This document shows positions 8,334 to 17,476 of a DNA stretch of 28,155 nt, piece after piece. A program made the position numbers and the translations under genes. Every line of letters starts with the position of its first letter. The stretch's first letter is position 1. Source of the stretch: Bacteroidales bacterium (lineage in GTDB: Bacteria > Bacteroidota > Bacteroidia > Bacteroidales > WCHB1-69); assembly GCA_031266895.1 (NCBI GenBank), contig JAISAD010000020.1:1-28155 (forward strand), given 5' to 3'. A model generated the notes under the pieces. That model searched no databases, was not told the DNA's origin, and worked only from the letters and a program-made list of their open reading frames with translations.

Positions 8334-8606
8334 AGTATTTATTACCTGAATTTCTAAAATAAAAATTGCACATATCAGATGAAACATTTAATTTTATATG
8401 TTATAAGAGAGCAAAATATTGTCCGGTATATGCATTGCAAAAGTACAAAAAAATTATCGTTCAAAACAGGAAAGCAGCTAAAAGGTTTACTTCGGAGAAT
8501 CTGACTCCCTGCTCAAGGTCTGACAGTCATTAACGATTATAATGCATCATACAGCATATTTTCAATTCAAAAACAAAAATCGTGAAGATCATTCAAAAAA
8601 ATCCTG

Positions 8607-8614
8607 TATTTTTG
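8607..8614 (+). promoter_or_regulatory. Putative -7 box (TATTTTTG) for the S46 peptidase gene
   Basis: The TAnnTTTG match lies 34 nt upstream of the ATG at 8648. Confidence 0.3.
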
Positions 8615-8647
8615 CTCTCAATTATTAATTTATAAAACTTATTTATA

Positions 8648-10810
8648 ATGAAAAAATTAGCGTTACTACTATGTGGAATCTTTATGCTTAACATCGCTCT
8701 CCTGCACGCCGATGAAGGCATGTGGTTGCCAATCTTTTTAAAGTATAATGAAGCTGAAATGCAAAAAATGGGCTTTAAACTCACGGCAGAAGACATTTAC
8801 AGCATAAATCAAAACAGCATGAAAGATGCCATAGTGCTCTTTGGCGGTGGCTGTACAGCCGAATTGATTTCGGCTGACGGGCTGTTGGTTACCAATCATC
8901 ACTGTGGCTATTCCTATGTACAGGGACATAGCACGTTGGAACATAACTATTTACAAGACGGTTTCTGGGCTAAAAATCATAGTGAAGAGATAGCCAATAC
9001 CGGCCTCACTGTTACTTTCCTGGTTCGCATGGAAGATGTTACTAGTCAAGTGCTTGATGGCATAACCGATCTTACTGGAATGGATGAACGCGAAGCCATC
9101 ATTCAAAAAAACATGGGGAGATTAAAGCAGGAGGCTGTTGCCGGCACGCACTATACTGCTGTGATTAAGCCGTTTTTTTATGGGAATCAGTACTTTATGT
9201 TTATCAATGAGATCTATAAAGATATCCGCTTGGCAGGTGTTCCTCCTGAAAGTATTGGGAAGTTTGGCGGCGATACTGATAATTGGGTTTGGCCGCGTCA
9301 CACCGGCGATTTTTCACTTTACCGCATCTATACTGCCCCTGATGGCTCGCCAGCCGAATATAATGAACAAAATGTGCCGTTGAAATCGAAGCGTTTTTTC
9401 CCTGTCTCTATTAAGGGCGTGCAGGAAAATGACTTTACTCTGGTATTTGGCTACCCTGGCTCTACCACTCAGTTTTTGACTTCCGACGGCGTGGATTTGA
9501 TTGTAAATCACCGCAATCCGGTAGCAATAGACCAACGTGGCGCACGTCTCAACATCATGAAAAAATACATGGATCAATCACCGGCCATACGCCTTATGTA
9601 TTCGGCCAAAGCTAACAATATCTCTAATGGGTGGAAAAAGTGGATTGGCGAAAATAAAGGGATTATGGAATGTAAAGTGATTGCCCGCAAAAAAATTGAA
9701 GAAGCCGATTTTCAACAGTGGGCTAATGCCAGTCAAGAACGTAAATCATTATATGGCAACATATTGTTGAATTTACATGACGATTATGCCGAGTATCGCA
9801 ATTTGGTGAAAACCTGCAGCTATATTGGTGAGACTTTTGCCGCTACCGAACTGTTGCGCTTCCTGTACAGCAACTTTTGGCCGGTTATTAAATTAGCAGA
9901 AGATAAGACAACTACATCTGCCCAACTGCAATCCGCGAAAGATAAGCTGACAGCTAAAATTGGAAATTTCTATGCCACTTATTATCAATCCATTGATAAA
10001 GAAGTATTTGTGAAACTAATGGATTACTATTTTTTCACCCTTGATCCTGCCCTTATTCCTGACGATTTGAAACGCTACATCAACCTGCCTGAAAACGAAT
10101 GGAGACGCATAGCTACCGCTATTTACGATAATTCGCCCTTTGCTACTGCAGAAACATTTACCGAATTTGTTAAAAATGCCTCTGCCAAACAATTGGTCAA
10201 AATGGGAAAAAATGAAGCTATGCAACTGCTGATTCCCGCCTATACGCAATATTTTGAGGCAGTTAAAAAGCTAACCGGTGTAGAACAGCAGTTAAATAAT
10301 CACTATCGAATTTATGTTAAGGCCTTAATGGAAAAGGATACGCAGAGGGTATTTTATCCTGACGCAAATCTCACATTAAGAGTAACTTACGGAAAAGTGC
10401 AAGGGTTTTCGCCGGAAGACGGCAAAGAGTATCTCTATTACACCACCATAAAAGGCATTATGGATAAAGAAAATCAGGATATATTTGATTATAAGGTAGA
10501 TAGTAGATTAAAAGCGCTTTATGAAGCTAACGATTTCGGGCGTTATGCCAATGAAAAAGGTGAATTGCCGGTGGCTTTTATTGCCAGCAACCACACCACA
10601 GGAGGCAACTCCGGCAGCCCGGTAATCAGCGCTACGGGCGAGTTGATTGGCATTAATTTCGACCGTGTGTGGGAAGGCACCATGAGCGATGTGAATTACG
10701 ACGTGAGTCGTTGTCGCAATATCAGCTTGGATACCCGCTATATGCTTTTTATCATAGATAAATTTGCCAATGCGCAAAACATTATCAATGAGCTTAAAAT
10801 TATGCCTTAA
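8648..10810 (+). CDS. Peptidase family S46 dipeptidyl-peptidase (DPP7/DPP11 family) with a signal peptide
   Basis: It has a signal peptide followed by the ADEGMWLP mature N-terminus. It has His in TNHHCGY, IGKFGGDTDNWVWPRHTGDFS, catalytic Ser in TTGGNSGSPV, and FDRVWEG. These match Porphyromonas DPP7/DPP11 closely. Length is 720 aa. Confidence 0.9.
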   Translation: MKKLALLLCGIFMLNIALLHADEGMWLPIFLKYNEAEMQKMGFKLTAEDIYSINQNSMKDAIVLFGGGCTAELISADGLLVTNHHCGYSYVQGHSTLEHNYLQDGFWAKNHSEEIANTGLTVTFLVRMEDVTSQVLDGITDLTGMDEREAIIQKNMGRLKQEAVAGTHYTAVIKPFFYGNQYFMFINEIYKDIRLAGVPPESIGKFGGDTDNWVWPRHTGDFSLYRIYTAPDGSPAEYNEQNVPLKSKRFFPVSIKGVQENDFTLVFGYPGSTTQFLTSDGVDLIVNHRNPVAIDQRGARLNIMKKYMDQSPAIRLMYSAKANNISNGWKKWIGENKGIMECKVIARKKIEEADFQQWANASQERKSLYGNILLNLHDDYAEYRNLVKTCSYIGETFAATELLRFLYSNFWPVIKLAEDKTTTSAQLQSAKDKLTAKIGNFYATYYQSIDKEVFVKLMDYYFFTLDPALIPDDLKRYINLPENEWRRIATAIYDNSPFATAETFTEFVKNASAKQLVKMGKNEAMQLLIPAYTQYFEAVKKLTGVEQQLNNHYRIYVKALMEKDTQRVFYPDANLTLRVTYGKVQGFSPEDGKEYLYYTTIKGIMDKENQDIFDYKVDSRLKALYEANDFGRYANEKGELPVAFIASNHTTGGNSGSPVISATGELIGINFDRVWEGTMSDVNYDVSRCRNISLDTRYMLFIIDKFANAQNIINELKIMP

Positions 10811-10846
10811 TGATTTCATTTTCTATATTTTCTTAACCCTATTGAG

Positions 10847-12193
10847 ATGATTAATTTAGAAAATATCGCCCGTTTCGACAAGCTTTACAACTTTTTATTA
10901 CCATATATCAAATTTACACATAATAAGCTCTATTATAAAAAGATATATGTAATTGGCAGGGAAAATATCCCTCCGAAAGATTCGCCCTCATTTTTTATCA
11001 CCAACCATCAAAACGGTCTCATGGATCCGCTGGCTATTCTCTGTCTCTTTAAAGATAACAGACAGCCGATTTTTATTGCACGCGGCGATATTTTCAAGCA
11101 TGATACTATTGCTAAGATATTGCGTTTTTTGAAAATCTTGCCTACTTTTAGACGCCGAGACGGTTCATTTAACGATATTCGCAGCAATAATCACATCTTT
11201 AAAATTGCCTCGAAAGCGTTGCAGCAAGGAGCTACGCTGGTTATGTATCCCGAAGCGCAACATCAGGCGGGGCATTTTATGGCTACATTTAAAAAGGGCT
11301 TTCCGCGCGTAGCCTTTGCCGCCGAAGAGTATGCCGATTACAGGCTTGGATTGCAAATTGTACCGGCAAGTCTGCACTACAAAAATTACTTTCATTTTCG
11401 CGGCGAGTTGGTGATTACCGTGGGCAAGCCTTTTCCCCTGCAACCCTATCTTGAACTCTATAAAACCGAATCCAACAATGCTTATTTGCAACTTAATGAA
11501 GAGTGCATAAAAAGAGTTAAAGCCATGACTCTCAATGTCGAAGATCAAGAATATTATGCTGAAATAGATTTGTTGCGCAATCGGTGGCACACGGTACGCT
11601 TGCTTGCTCAAAAGCAAAATCCGCGCTGTTTACCCACTCAACTGCAGGAAGATTTGCAAATTGTAAGCGAACTGACACAACTTCAAATTACCGAACCGGA
11701 ACGTTATGCTCAACTTATGGCCGACACGCGCGCCTATCGCACCGGCTTGGTAAAACTCAAACTGCACGACTGGATTATCAACTATCCACCTGTACTGAGC
11801 AAACTGCTTTTACAATCTTTAATAATGGTATTGCTGTTCCCTTTGGCCTTAGCCGGTTTTATCTATAACGGACTCCCTTTCCATTTTAGCGGAATATTTC
11901 GTAAAATGGTGAAAGATAAAATGTTGCATTCGTCATTTAACTATGCCGCCAGCGCCATTATTGCTTTTCCGATTTGGTATGTTGCCTTGTTTGTTACTTC
12001 GTGGATTTTGTCGGAACATCTTTGGGTTGCCCTGTTGCAAATAACCGTTGCTTTTGGACTTCTGTTCTTCTTTTATGCCTATAGAGTGCGAAGATTGAAA
12101 ATTTGGGCATCCTGGCGTTACTGTATTTTAAAAAGGCAAAAAAATGCTCTGTTGCTAAAAGTATTGGAGTTATCAAAACGGCTTTGGCCATGA
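10847..12193 (+). CDS. PlsC/LPLAT-family acyltransferase with a C-terminal multi-transmembrane extension
   Basis: It has the HX4D motif in FITNHQNGLMDP and a second acyltransferase block in VMYPEAQH. The C-terminal ~130 aa are hydrophobic. Confidence 0.6.
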   Translation: MINLENIARFDKLYNFLLPYIKFTHNKLYYKKIYVIGRENIPPKDSPSFFITNHQNGLMDPLAILCLFKDNRQPIFIARGDIFKHDTIAKILRFLKILPTFRRRDGSFNDIRSNNHIFKIASKALQQGATLVMYPEAQHQAGHFMATFKKGFPRVAFAAEEYADYRLGLQIVPASLHYKNYFHFRGELVITVGKPFPLQPYLELYKTESNNAYLQLNEECIKRVKAMTLNVEDQEYYAEIDLLRNRWHTVRLLAQKQNPRCLPTQLQEDLQIVSELTQLQITEPERYAQLMADTRAYRTGLVKLKLHDWIINYPPVLSKLLLQSLIMVLLFPLALAGFIYNGLPFHFSGIFRKMVKDKMLHSSFNYAASAIIAFPIWYVALFVTSWILSEHLWVALLQITVAFGLLFFFYAYRVRRLKIWASWRYCILKRQKNALLLKVLELSKRLWP

Positions 12194-12240
12194 ATTTCCT
12201 CATTTTTCATAAACAAATTTAATGGTCAAGAAATTTTTCC

Positions 12241-12248
12241 TATTTTTG
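12241..12248 (+). promoter_or_regulatory. Putative -7 box (TATTTTTG) for the SIMPL-domain gene
   Basis: The TAnnTTTG match lies about 85 nt upstream of the ATG at 12333. Confidence 0.25.
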
Positions 12249-12332
12249 TCCCCGAATATTATTTATCAGAATTAGAGGATTTTGTGTTAATAAAATGATT
12301 GAACAGAAATTTTTGACTTAACAATATTTAAA

Positions 12333-13076
12333 ATGAAAAAAAACGAATTAATTTTAGTGGGAATACTCCTGTGTGCAGGTTTAATTGTATTGGGCATTTG
12401 CATCAGTAAAGGGTTGCAAAGTTTTTCTAACAAGGAGCGTGTCGTAACCGTTAAAGGATTGGCAGAAAAGCAAATCAAGGCTACAGAGGCCAAGATTATT
12501 TTGTCATTCTCTTTTTCGGGGGATGTGCCGAAAGAGCTGGTTGCTAAATTAGACAATCAAACAGTTGACATTCAATCCTATTTGAAAGGAAAGGGTTATA
12601 AGAACGCTATGATATCCGATATTAATCTTTACGACTCCAAAAATTATTACGAGTGGGATTGGGTTGACGGAAAGCGCATCAAGGTAAAAAAAGATCGCTA
12701 CAACGCTTCTAAAAGCATAACGGTAATGATTGCCAGTGTAGAAGATGCCGAAAAAATATCAAAAGAGATGTTGCTTAATTTGGTGGATAAAGGGTTGACC
12801 GTGGATGTAAATTGCGACTACACTTTTCCGGAATTGAATACGATAAAACCGGAATTGATTGCCGAAAGTACCAAAAATGCCCGTACTGCCGGCGAACAGT
12901 TTGCCAAAGATTCACAATCGAAGTTGGGCAAAATCAAAACAGCCTCACAAGGTCAAATTACTATTGCCGGCAGATACTATTATGACGATGAAGCCTCAGA
13001 CAATTCTGCACCGCAGGAACCCTATTTGGAAAAGGCGCGTGTGGTGAGTTCTATTGTCTTTTTTTTGGAAGATTAA
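12333..13076 (+). CDS. SIMPL-domain (DUF541, YggE-like) protein with an N-terminal signal/anchor
   Basis: It has an N-terminal hydrophobic segment. VTVKGLAEKQIKATEAKIIL and the C-terminal AESTKNARTAGEQFAKDSQSKLGKIKTASQG resemble SIMPL family blocks. Confidence 0.55.
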   Translation: MKKNELILVGILLCAGLIVLGICISKGLQSFSNKERVVTVKGLAEKQIKATEAKIILSFSFSGDVPKELVAKLDNQTVDIQSYLKGKGYKNAMISDINLYDSKNYYEWDWVDGKRIKVKKDRYNASKSITVMIASVEDAEKISKEMLLNLVDKGLTVDVNCDYTFPELNTIKPELIAESTKNARTAGEQFAKDSQSKLGKIKTASQGQITIAGRYYYDDEASDNSAPQEPYLEKARVVSSIVFFLED

Positions 13077-13101
13077 GCGTATAGCAATTCAGTTGTTTTT
13101 T

Positions 13102-14844
13102 CTATTTTCGGAGAGTAAACAAAAACTCTAAGCCGCCATCGGGTTTATTTTTGACAGCGATAGTGCCTTTATGAAAGAGCACAGCATTTTTCACGATGGA
13201 GAGACCTAAGCCGGAACCGCCATTGTCGCGAGTGCGTCCTTCGCTGATGCGGTAGAATCGCTCAAAAAGACGATTGAGGAGTTGTTCATCTGCAATGCCC
13301 GCTCCGTTATCGGAATAAGAAAAGTAGTAAAATTCGTTATCTTCCTTGTATTTATCTATTTGAATATGAACATGATGGCCTGCATAACGTATTGCATTAT
13401 CGGTCAAATTGCGGAAAATGGCATAAAGCAAGGTTTGATTGCCGTTGATAAGCAGATTGTCGGGCATATTCCACCCCACAGTCATCTGTTTTTCCTGTAA
13501 TGCTGCCATAAAATCAGCTTGTAACTCTTTGAGTAACGAGGTAATATTTACCTGTTTCGCTTGAAACGAATGTGGTGCATCTTCTATTTTGGTGAGCAGA
13601 CTCATATCCTGTATCAGCTCGGAAAGCGCCAGCGCTTTTTCGTAAGCCTGTTGTATAAAATAGCGCTCTTTTTCTCTATCCAACCGATTTTCCAACACTG
13701 TTTCCAAACAGCCCCGTATTCCTGTAATCGGAGTTCTCAACTCATGGGCAATATTGCCGGTCATCTCCTGTTTCAGCAGTCTGTTTTTCTCCGTTTTCGT
13801 AATATCATTCAAGATAATTTCAAAGCTGCCATTTTCAAAAACATTGATGCGAACCATAAATATTTTGCCTTGTTTCTCTATTTTAGTTTCCCAATAATGT
13901 TCATTTTTCTCCCTGTTTGCAAGGAAATCAGTTATATTTTCAAAATGACTGTCCGAAAAAATAACCAGTGGAGTGCTATCGGTTTTATCAATAATGGTAT
14001 TCAAATACTGAAAAAAGAGCCCGTTATAAAATTCTACCATTTTGCCGGGTGTAAAAAAGCATATTCCCTCTTCCGAACTGTGTACGTGCTGCAGCAATTT
14101 TTCTTTCTGATGCGAAGTTTCCGCCTCACTTAATTTTAGTTTTTCATAAATATCAGCCATTCGCTTTCCGATTACGCCCAATTCATCTTCAGGAAAATAG
14201 TTTTCGATCTTATTCGACTGCATTTTATAAGATGGATTTGCCAAGCTCAATTCTCCATTTTCAATTAAAAAGGTAAATTCATTGAGTTTGCGTATTGATT
14301 TTCCGAATCTTCCTGATACATAATGAATTAATATTAATCCGAAGATAAAAAGCGCCACAATATAGTAGAGAAAAACATTGTCTGATTTCAAAAAATTGCG
14401 CATCTGCACATCGTAAGGCCATGCTACGCGGATATAGTAATCGTCGAAACGCTTGGCGTAGTAAAGATAAGGTTGATGATTGGATGTTGAGGTGCGAATG
14501 TCTGACCCTTTCTGCTTCTGTTGCGCTGCGCTGATTTCGGGACGGGTAGCGTGATTTCCCAACTGTGTTACGTTTTTAATAATATTGTCGTAAATTACAA
14601 ATCCCTGATTATCAACGATAGACAAGCGAATATGAGTGGGAAAATCAGTTAAAATAGTATCGGGAGACACATTGCGCTGGTAAGCTTCGTTAAAAATTTG
14701 GGCATAGGCGTCTAACTTCTCTTCGAGCGCTTCGGTTTTATACTCTTTTTCGCGCCTCTGTTCAAAGATAACAATGCCAATTGTAAAGAGTGAAAAAATC
14801 AATACAAAAGTGAAAAAAAGTTTTTTTCGATAACTTATTTTCAT
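13102..14844 (-). CDS. Sensor histidine kinase (PhoR-like) with two transmembrane segments flanking a periplasmic domain
   Basis: The H-box is HELRTPITGIRGCLE, the N-box is LTDNAIRYAG, the G-boxes are DNGAGI and GGSGLGLSIVKN. It overlaps the regulator gene by ATGA. Confidence 0.85.
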   Translation of the reverse strand: MKISYRKKLFFTFVLIFSLFTIGIVIFEQRREKEYKTEALEEKLDAYAQIFNEAYQRNVSPDTILTDFPTHIRLSIVDNQGFVIYDNIIKNVTQLGNHATRPEISAAQQKQKGSDIRTSTSNHQPYLYYAKRFDDYYIRVAWPYDVQMRNFLKSDNVFLYYIVALFIFGLILIHYVSGRFGKSIRKLNEFTFLIENGELSLANPSYKMQSNKIENYFPEDELGVIGKRMADIYEKLKLSEAETSHQKEKLLQHVHSSEEGICFFTPGKMVEFYNGLFFQYLNTIIDKTDSTPLVIFSDSHFENITDFLANREKNEHYWETKIEKQGKIFMVRINVFENGSFEIILNDITKTEKNRLLKQEMTGNIAHELRTPITGIRGCLETVLENRLDREKERYFIQQAYEKALALSELIQDMSLLTKIEDAPHSFQAKQVNITSLLKELQADFMAALQEKQMTVGWNMPDNLLINGNQTLLYAIFRNLTDNAIRYAGHHVHIQIDKYKEDNEFYYFSYSDNGAGIADEQLLNRLFERFYRISEGRTRDNGGSGLGLSIVKNAVLFHKGTIAVKNKPDGGLEFLFTLRK

Positions 14845-15509
14845 ATTCTGGAAGCATTAAACCGATAGCCAAATCCCGCTTGGTTGACGAGGGCAGCCGC
14901 ATATTTACCCAGCTTTTTGCGCAAGCGTGTAATATGCACATCCACAGTACGTTCTGTAATAAATGGAGTCTCTTTCCACACGGTGTCAATCATCTCTTCT
15001 CTTGAAATTACGCGATTTTGATGTGTGATAAGCAAAGCAAGTACATTATATTCAGTCTTGGTGAGGTCAATTTTTTTTGCATTGATAGTCAGCTCTTTAC
15101 TATTAAAATCAAGTACAAACTTATTCAGCATAAATTTGTTGGCCATCGGTTGCCGTTTAAGCACCGCTTTCACCCTTGCTATAACTTCCTTAATTGAAAA
15201 AGGTTTGGCAATGTAGTCGTCTCCACCTACCGAAAAACCTGTAAGCATGTCATTTTCAGTATCTTTTGCAGTAAGAAAAATAATAGGAATGGTATTGCCC
15301 TTTTCGCGCAAGGTTTGAGCAAATTTGTAACCCGACACGCCCTCCATCATTACATCAAGCAAGATAAGTGCATGGTCGGACGAAAGTTTTTTCAAAGCCT
15401 CTTCGGCAGAGGCGGCGCAGGTGATTTGAAACCCCTCGTTGGCTAAATTAAATTCAAGTACTTCTCTAATGAGCACTTCATCGTCAACAATTAGAATTTT
15501 ATGAATCAT
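14841..15509 (-). CDS. OmpR/PhoB-family response regulator
   Basis: The receiver domain reads ILIVDDE...LILLDVMMEGVSG...IIFLTAKD. It has a C-terminal winged-helix domain (DVHITRLRKKLG...GFGYRF). Confidence 0.9.
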   Translation of the reverse strand: MIHKILIVDDEVLIREVLEFNLANEGFQITCAASAEEALKKLSSDHALILLDVMMEGVSGYKFAQTLREKGNTIPIIFLTAKDTENDMLTGFSVGGDDYIAKPFSIKEVIARVKAVLKRQPMANKFMLNKFVLDFNSKELTINAKKIDLTKTEYNVLALLITHQNRVISREEMIDTVWKETPFITERTVDVHITRLRKKLGKYAAALVNQAGFGYRFNASRI

Positions 15510-15544
15510 GATTTTACTTTTTTGCGAAAATACAGCAATTTTCT

Positions 15545-16222
15545 CTATATGTTTACATTATTGTTTTTTCCATGTTTCAACACTTTGGCGTCAATGTAGA
15601 AGACAATTTCTTCCACAATGTTTCCGCAGTGGTCGCCGATGCGTTCCAATTTTCTGATTAACAGCATGAGTTCCAAGCCGCAACGTATCAGGTTGGGTGC
15701 TTTTTGCAAATAATTGCTTAGAAGGTCAATGGCGTTGCGGTAAAGCTGATCAATTTCCTCATCTTTGGAGAGAATCTTACCCGACATACGGGTATTTTCA
15801 GATTCGAGGGCAACAAAACTGTCGGACAACATGGCACTTAATCCTTCAAACATTTTTTCAATTTGCAGATCTTCAATAATTTGCAATTCAATGGCTTGAC
15901 AATAATCATCAATGACATAGCGGGCTATGCCTTCACAGAAATCACCGATTCTTTCGAGGGTACTGCTAATTTTAATAAGCGAAAGCACTAATCGTAAGTC
16001 AACTGCCACAGGATTATAGAGCGCGATGTAATTTTCGCAATCGCAATCTATTTTTAGTTCAAAAACGTCAACACGTTTTTCGCGACTGATAATCTCCCGT
16101 GCCATCTCCATATCTCGATTTAGAAAAGCCTGTCGGCTCTTTTCTACCTGTGAAATCACCAGTTTCCACATCTGACTCACTTCTTCTTTAAGCGCTTGCA
16201 GTTCGGTTTCCTTGTGGTTCAT
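15545..16222 (-). CDS. phoU: Phosphate transport system regulator PhoU
   Basis: It has two PhoU repeats (LERIGDFCEGIARYV and LERIGDHCGNIVEEIVFY). Length is 225 aa. Confidence 0.85.
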   Translation of the reverse strand: MNHKETELQALKEEVSQMWKLVISQVEKSRQAFLNRDMEMAREIISREKRVDVFELKIDCDCENYIALYNPVAVDLRLVLSLIKISSTLERIGDFCEGIARYVIDDYCQAIELQIIEDLQIEKMFEGLSAMLSDSFVALESENTRMSGKILSKDEEIDQLYRNAIDLLSNYLQKAPNLIRCGLELMLLIRKLERIGDHCGNIVEEIVFYIDAKVLKHGKNNNVNI

Positions 16223-16237
16223 TTTTTAAATTCTAAA

Positions 16238-16984
16238 TTAGCCAAATCGTCCTGTAATATAGTTTTGCGTCTGTTCATGGTCGGGGTTAAGGAATATCTT
16301 TTTGGTATCGTTAAATTCTATCAGTTCACCGAGCATAAAAAAGCCGGTTTTGTCGCTTACACGAGCAGCCTGCTGCATATTATGCGTAACAATTACAATA
16401 GTGTAGGCTTGTTTCAGGGAATAAATCAACTCTTCGATTTTGGAGGTGGATATTGGATCAAGGGCAGAGGCGGGTTCGTCCATAAGCAGAATAGAAGGGT
16501 GCACCGCCAATGCTCGGGCAATACATAATCGCTGTTGCTGTCCACCAGAGAGATCAAAAGCCGATTTTTTCAATTTATCTTTCACCTCATTCCATAGGGC
16601 GGCAGCTTTCAGCGATTCTTCCACCCGTTGCACAATGAACGACTTATTGCCCATTTCATTGACACGCAGGCCGTAAGCCACATTTTCAAAAATGGATTTT
16701 GGAAAAGGATTGGGTTTTTGAAACACCATGCCTACTTTTTTTCGCAGCTCGTCCACCTGTACCGATTTATGGTAAATATTTTGTCCGTTTACCGAACAAA
16801 AACCGGTTAACCGAGTTTTCTCAATCAATTCATTCATTCGATTGAAAATTCTTAGAAATGTGGACTTTCCGCAACCTGAAGGGCCAATAAAAGCAGTAAC
16901 GCTGTTTGATTCAATTTTCATGCTTATGTTTTTCAAAGCCTGAAAATCGCCGTAATAAAAGTTTATATCTTTGGTTTCAATCAT
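16238..16984 (-). CDS. pstB: Phosphate ABC transporter ATP-binding protein
   Basis: It is collinear with E. coli PstB. Matching blocks are [73 protein letters not shown] and YITGRFG. Confidence 0.9.
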   Translation of the reverse strand: MIETKDINFYYGDFQALKNISMKIESNSVTAFIGPSGCGKSTFLRIFNRMNELIEKTRLTGFCSVNGQNIYHKSVQVDELRKKVGMVFQKPNPFPKSIFENVAYGLRVNEMGNKSFIVQRVEESLKAAALWNEVKDKLKKSAFDLSGGQQQRLCIARALAVHPSILLMDEPASALDPISTSKIEELIYSLKQAYTIVIVTHNMQQAARVSDKTGFFMLGELIEFNDTKKIFLNPDHEQTQNYITGRFG

Positions 16985-16998
16985 TTCTGCTATTCTGC

Positions 16999-17022
16999 TC
17001 TATTTTTCGATGCGCAAAAATA
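16999..17022 (-). promoter_or_regulatory. Putative promoter/operator of the pstB-phoU-RR-HK transcription unit
   Basis: A minus-strand TATTTTTG is at 17021-17014, about 30 nt upstream of the pstB ATG. It is embedded in the palindrome CTATTTTTCG-atg-CGCAAAAATAG. Confidence 0.3.
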
Positions 17023-17055
17023 GCGGCAGGATATTACAAAACAGGAAAGAGAATG

Positions 17056-17475
17056 TTACAGTTTGGTTAAATAAAATACGATTTTTTTTGCTATCTTTTT
17101 ATTCAGCCTGTTGAGTATCAAATAGTAAAATGCAGTGCAAGCTAAAGCCACAAATACACTAATCAGGTCATTATGCGTGAAGGTATAAACAGTGAATAGC
17201 GTGATGACTAAAACCAGCAACGGAAACAGGTAACCCCATATTACGGCTTTTGCTCCAGCCGAAGAAGCTATTTTAATATGCACTTGATCTTCTATTGCAA
17301 ATGCTTCGTCTTCGGCACATCTCGGAATACGCATCAATTCGCTTTTGCGATCCATGGAGCATAACGTTTTGGCACGACAACCGCTACAAGCCGAACTTTG
17401 CATGGTTTCTACCACAAATTCCGTATCGGTAATTGCTCTTATAATGCCCTCTTTACACAAAGTATGGTCTTTCAT
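17056..17475 (-). CDS. RseC/MucC-family membrane protein (SoxR-reducing-system RseC-like)
   Basis: It has an N-terminal beta region with Cys cluster SACSGCRAKTLC followed by two transmembrane helices, the same architecture as E. coli RseC. Its ATG at 17475 is 1 nt after the TAG of the upstream permease. Confidence 0.55.
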   Translation of the reverse strand: MKDHTLCKEGIIRAITDTEFVVETMQSSACSGCRAKTLCSMDRKSELMRIPRCAEDEAFAIEDQVHIKIASSAGAKAVIWGYLFPLLVLVITLFTVYTFTHNDLISVFVALACTAFYYLILNRLNKKIAKKIVFYLTKL

Positions 17476-17476
17476 T

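Noticed and set aside
8460-8560. A slightly GC-richer patch with a tctgac direct repeat in the murG/peptidase divergent spacer
   Set aside because: I could find no convincing stem-loop structure or known RNA motif. It is most likely ordinary promoter spacer.
16470-16480. ggttcg / ttcga strings that resemble tRNA T-loop motifs (also at 27121)
   Set aside because: Both lie inside well-supported coding sequences, and no cloverleaf can be built around them.
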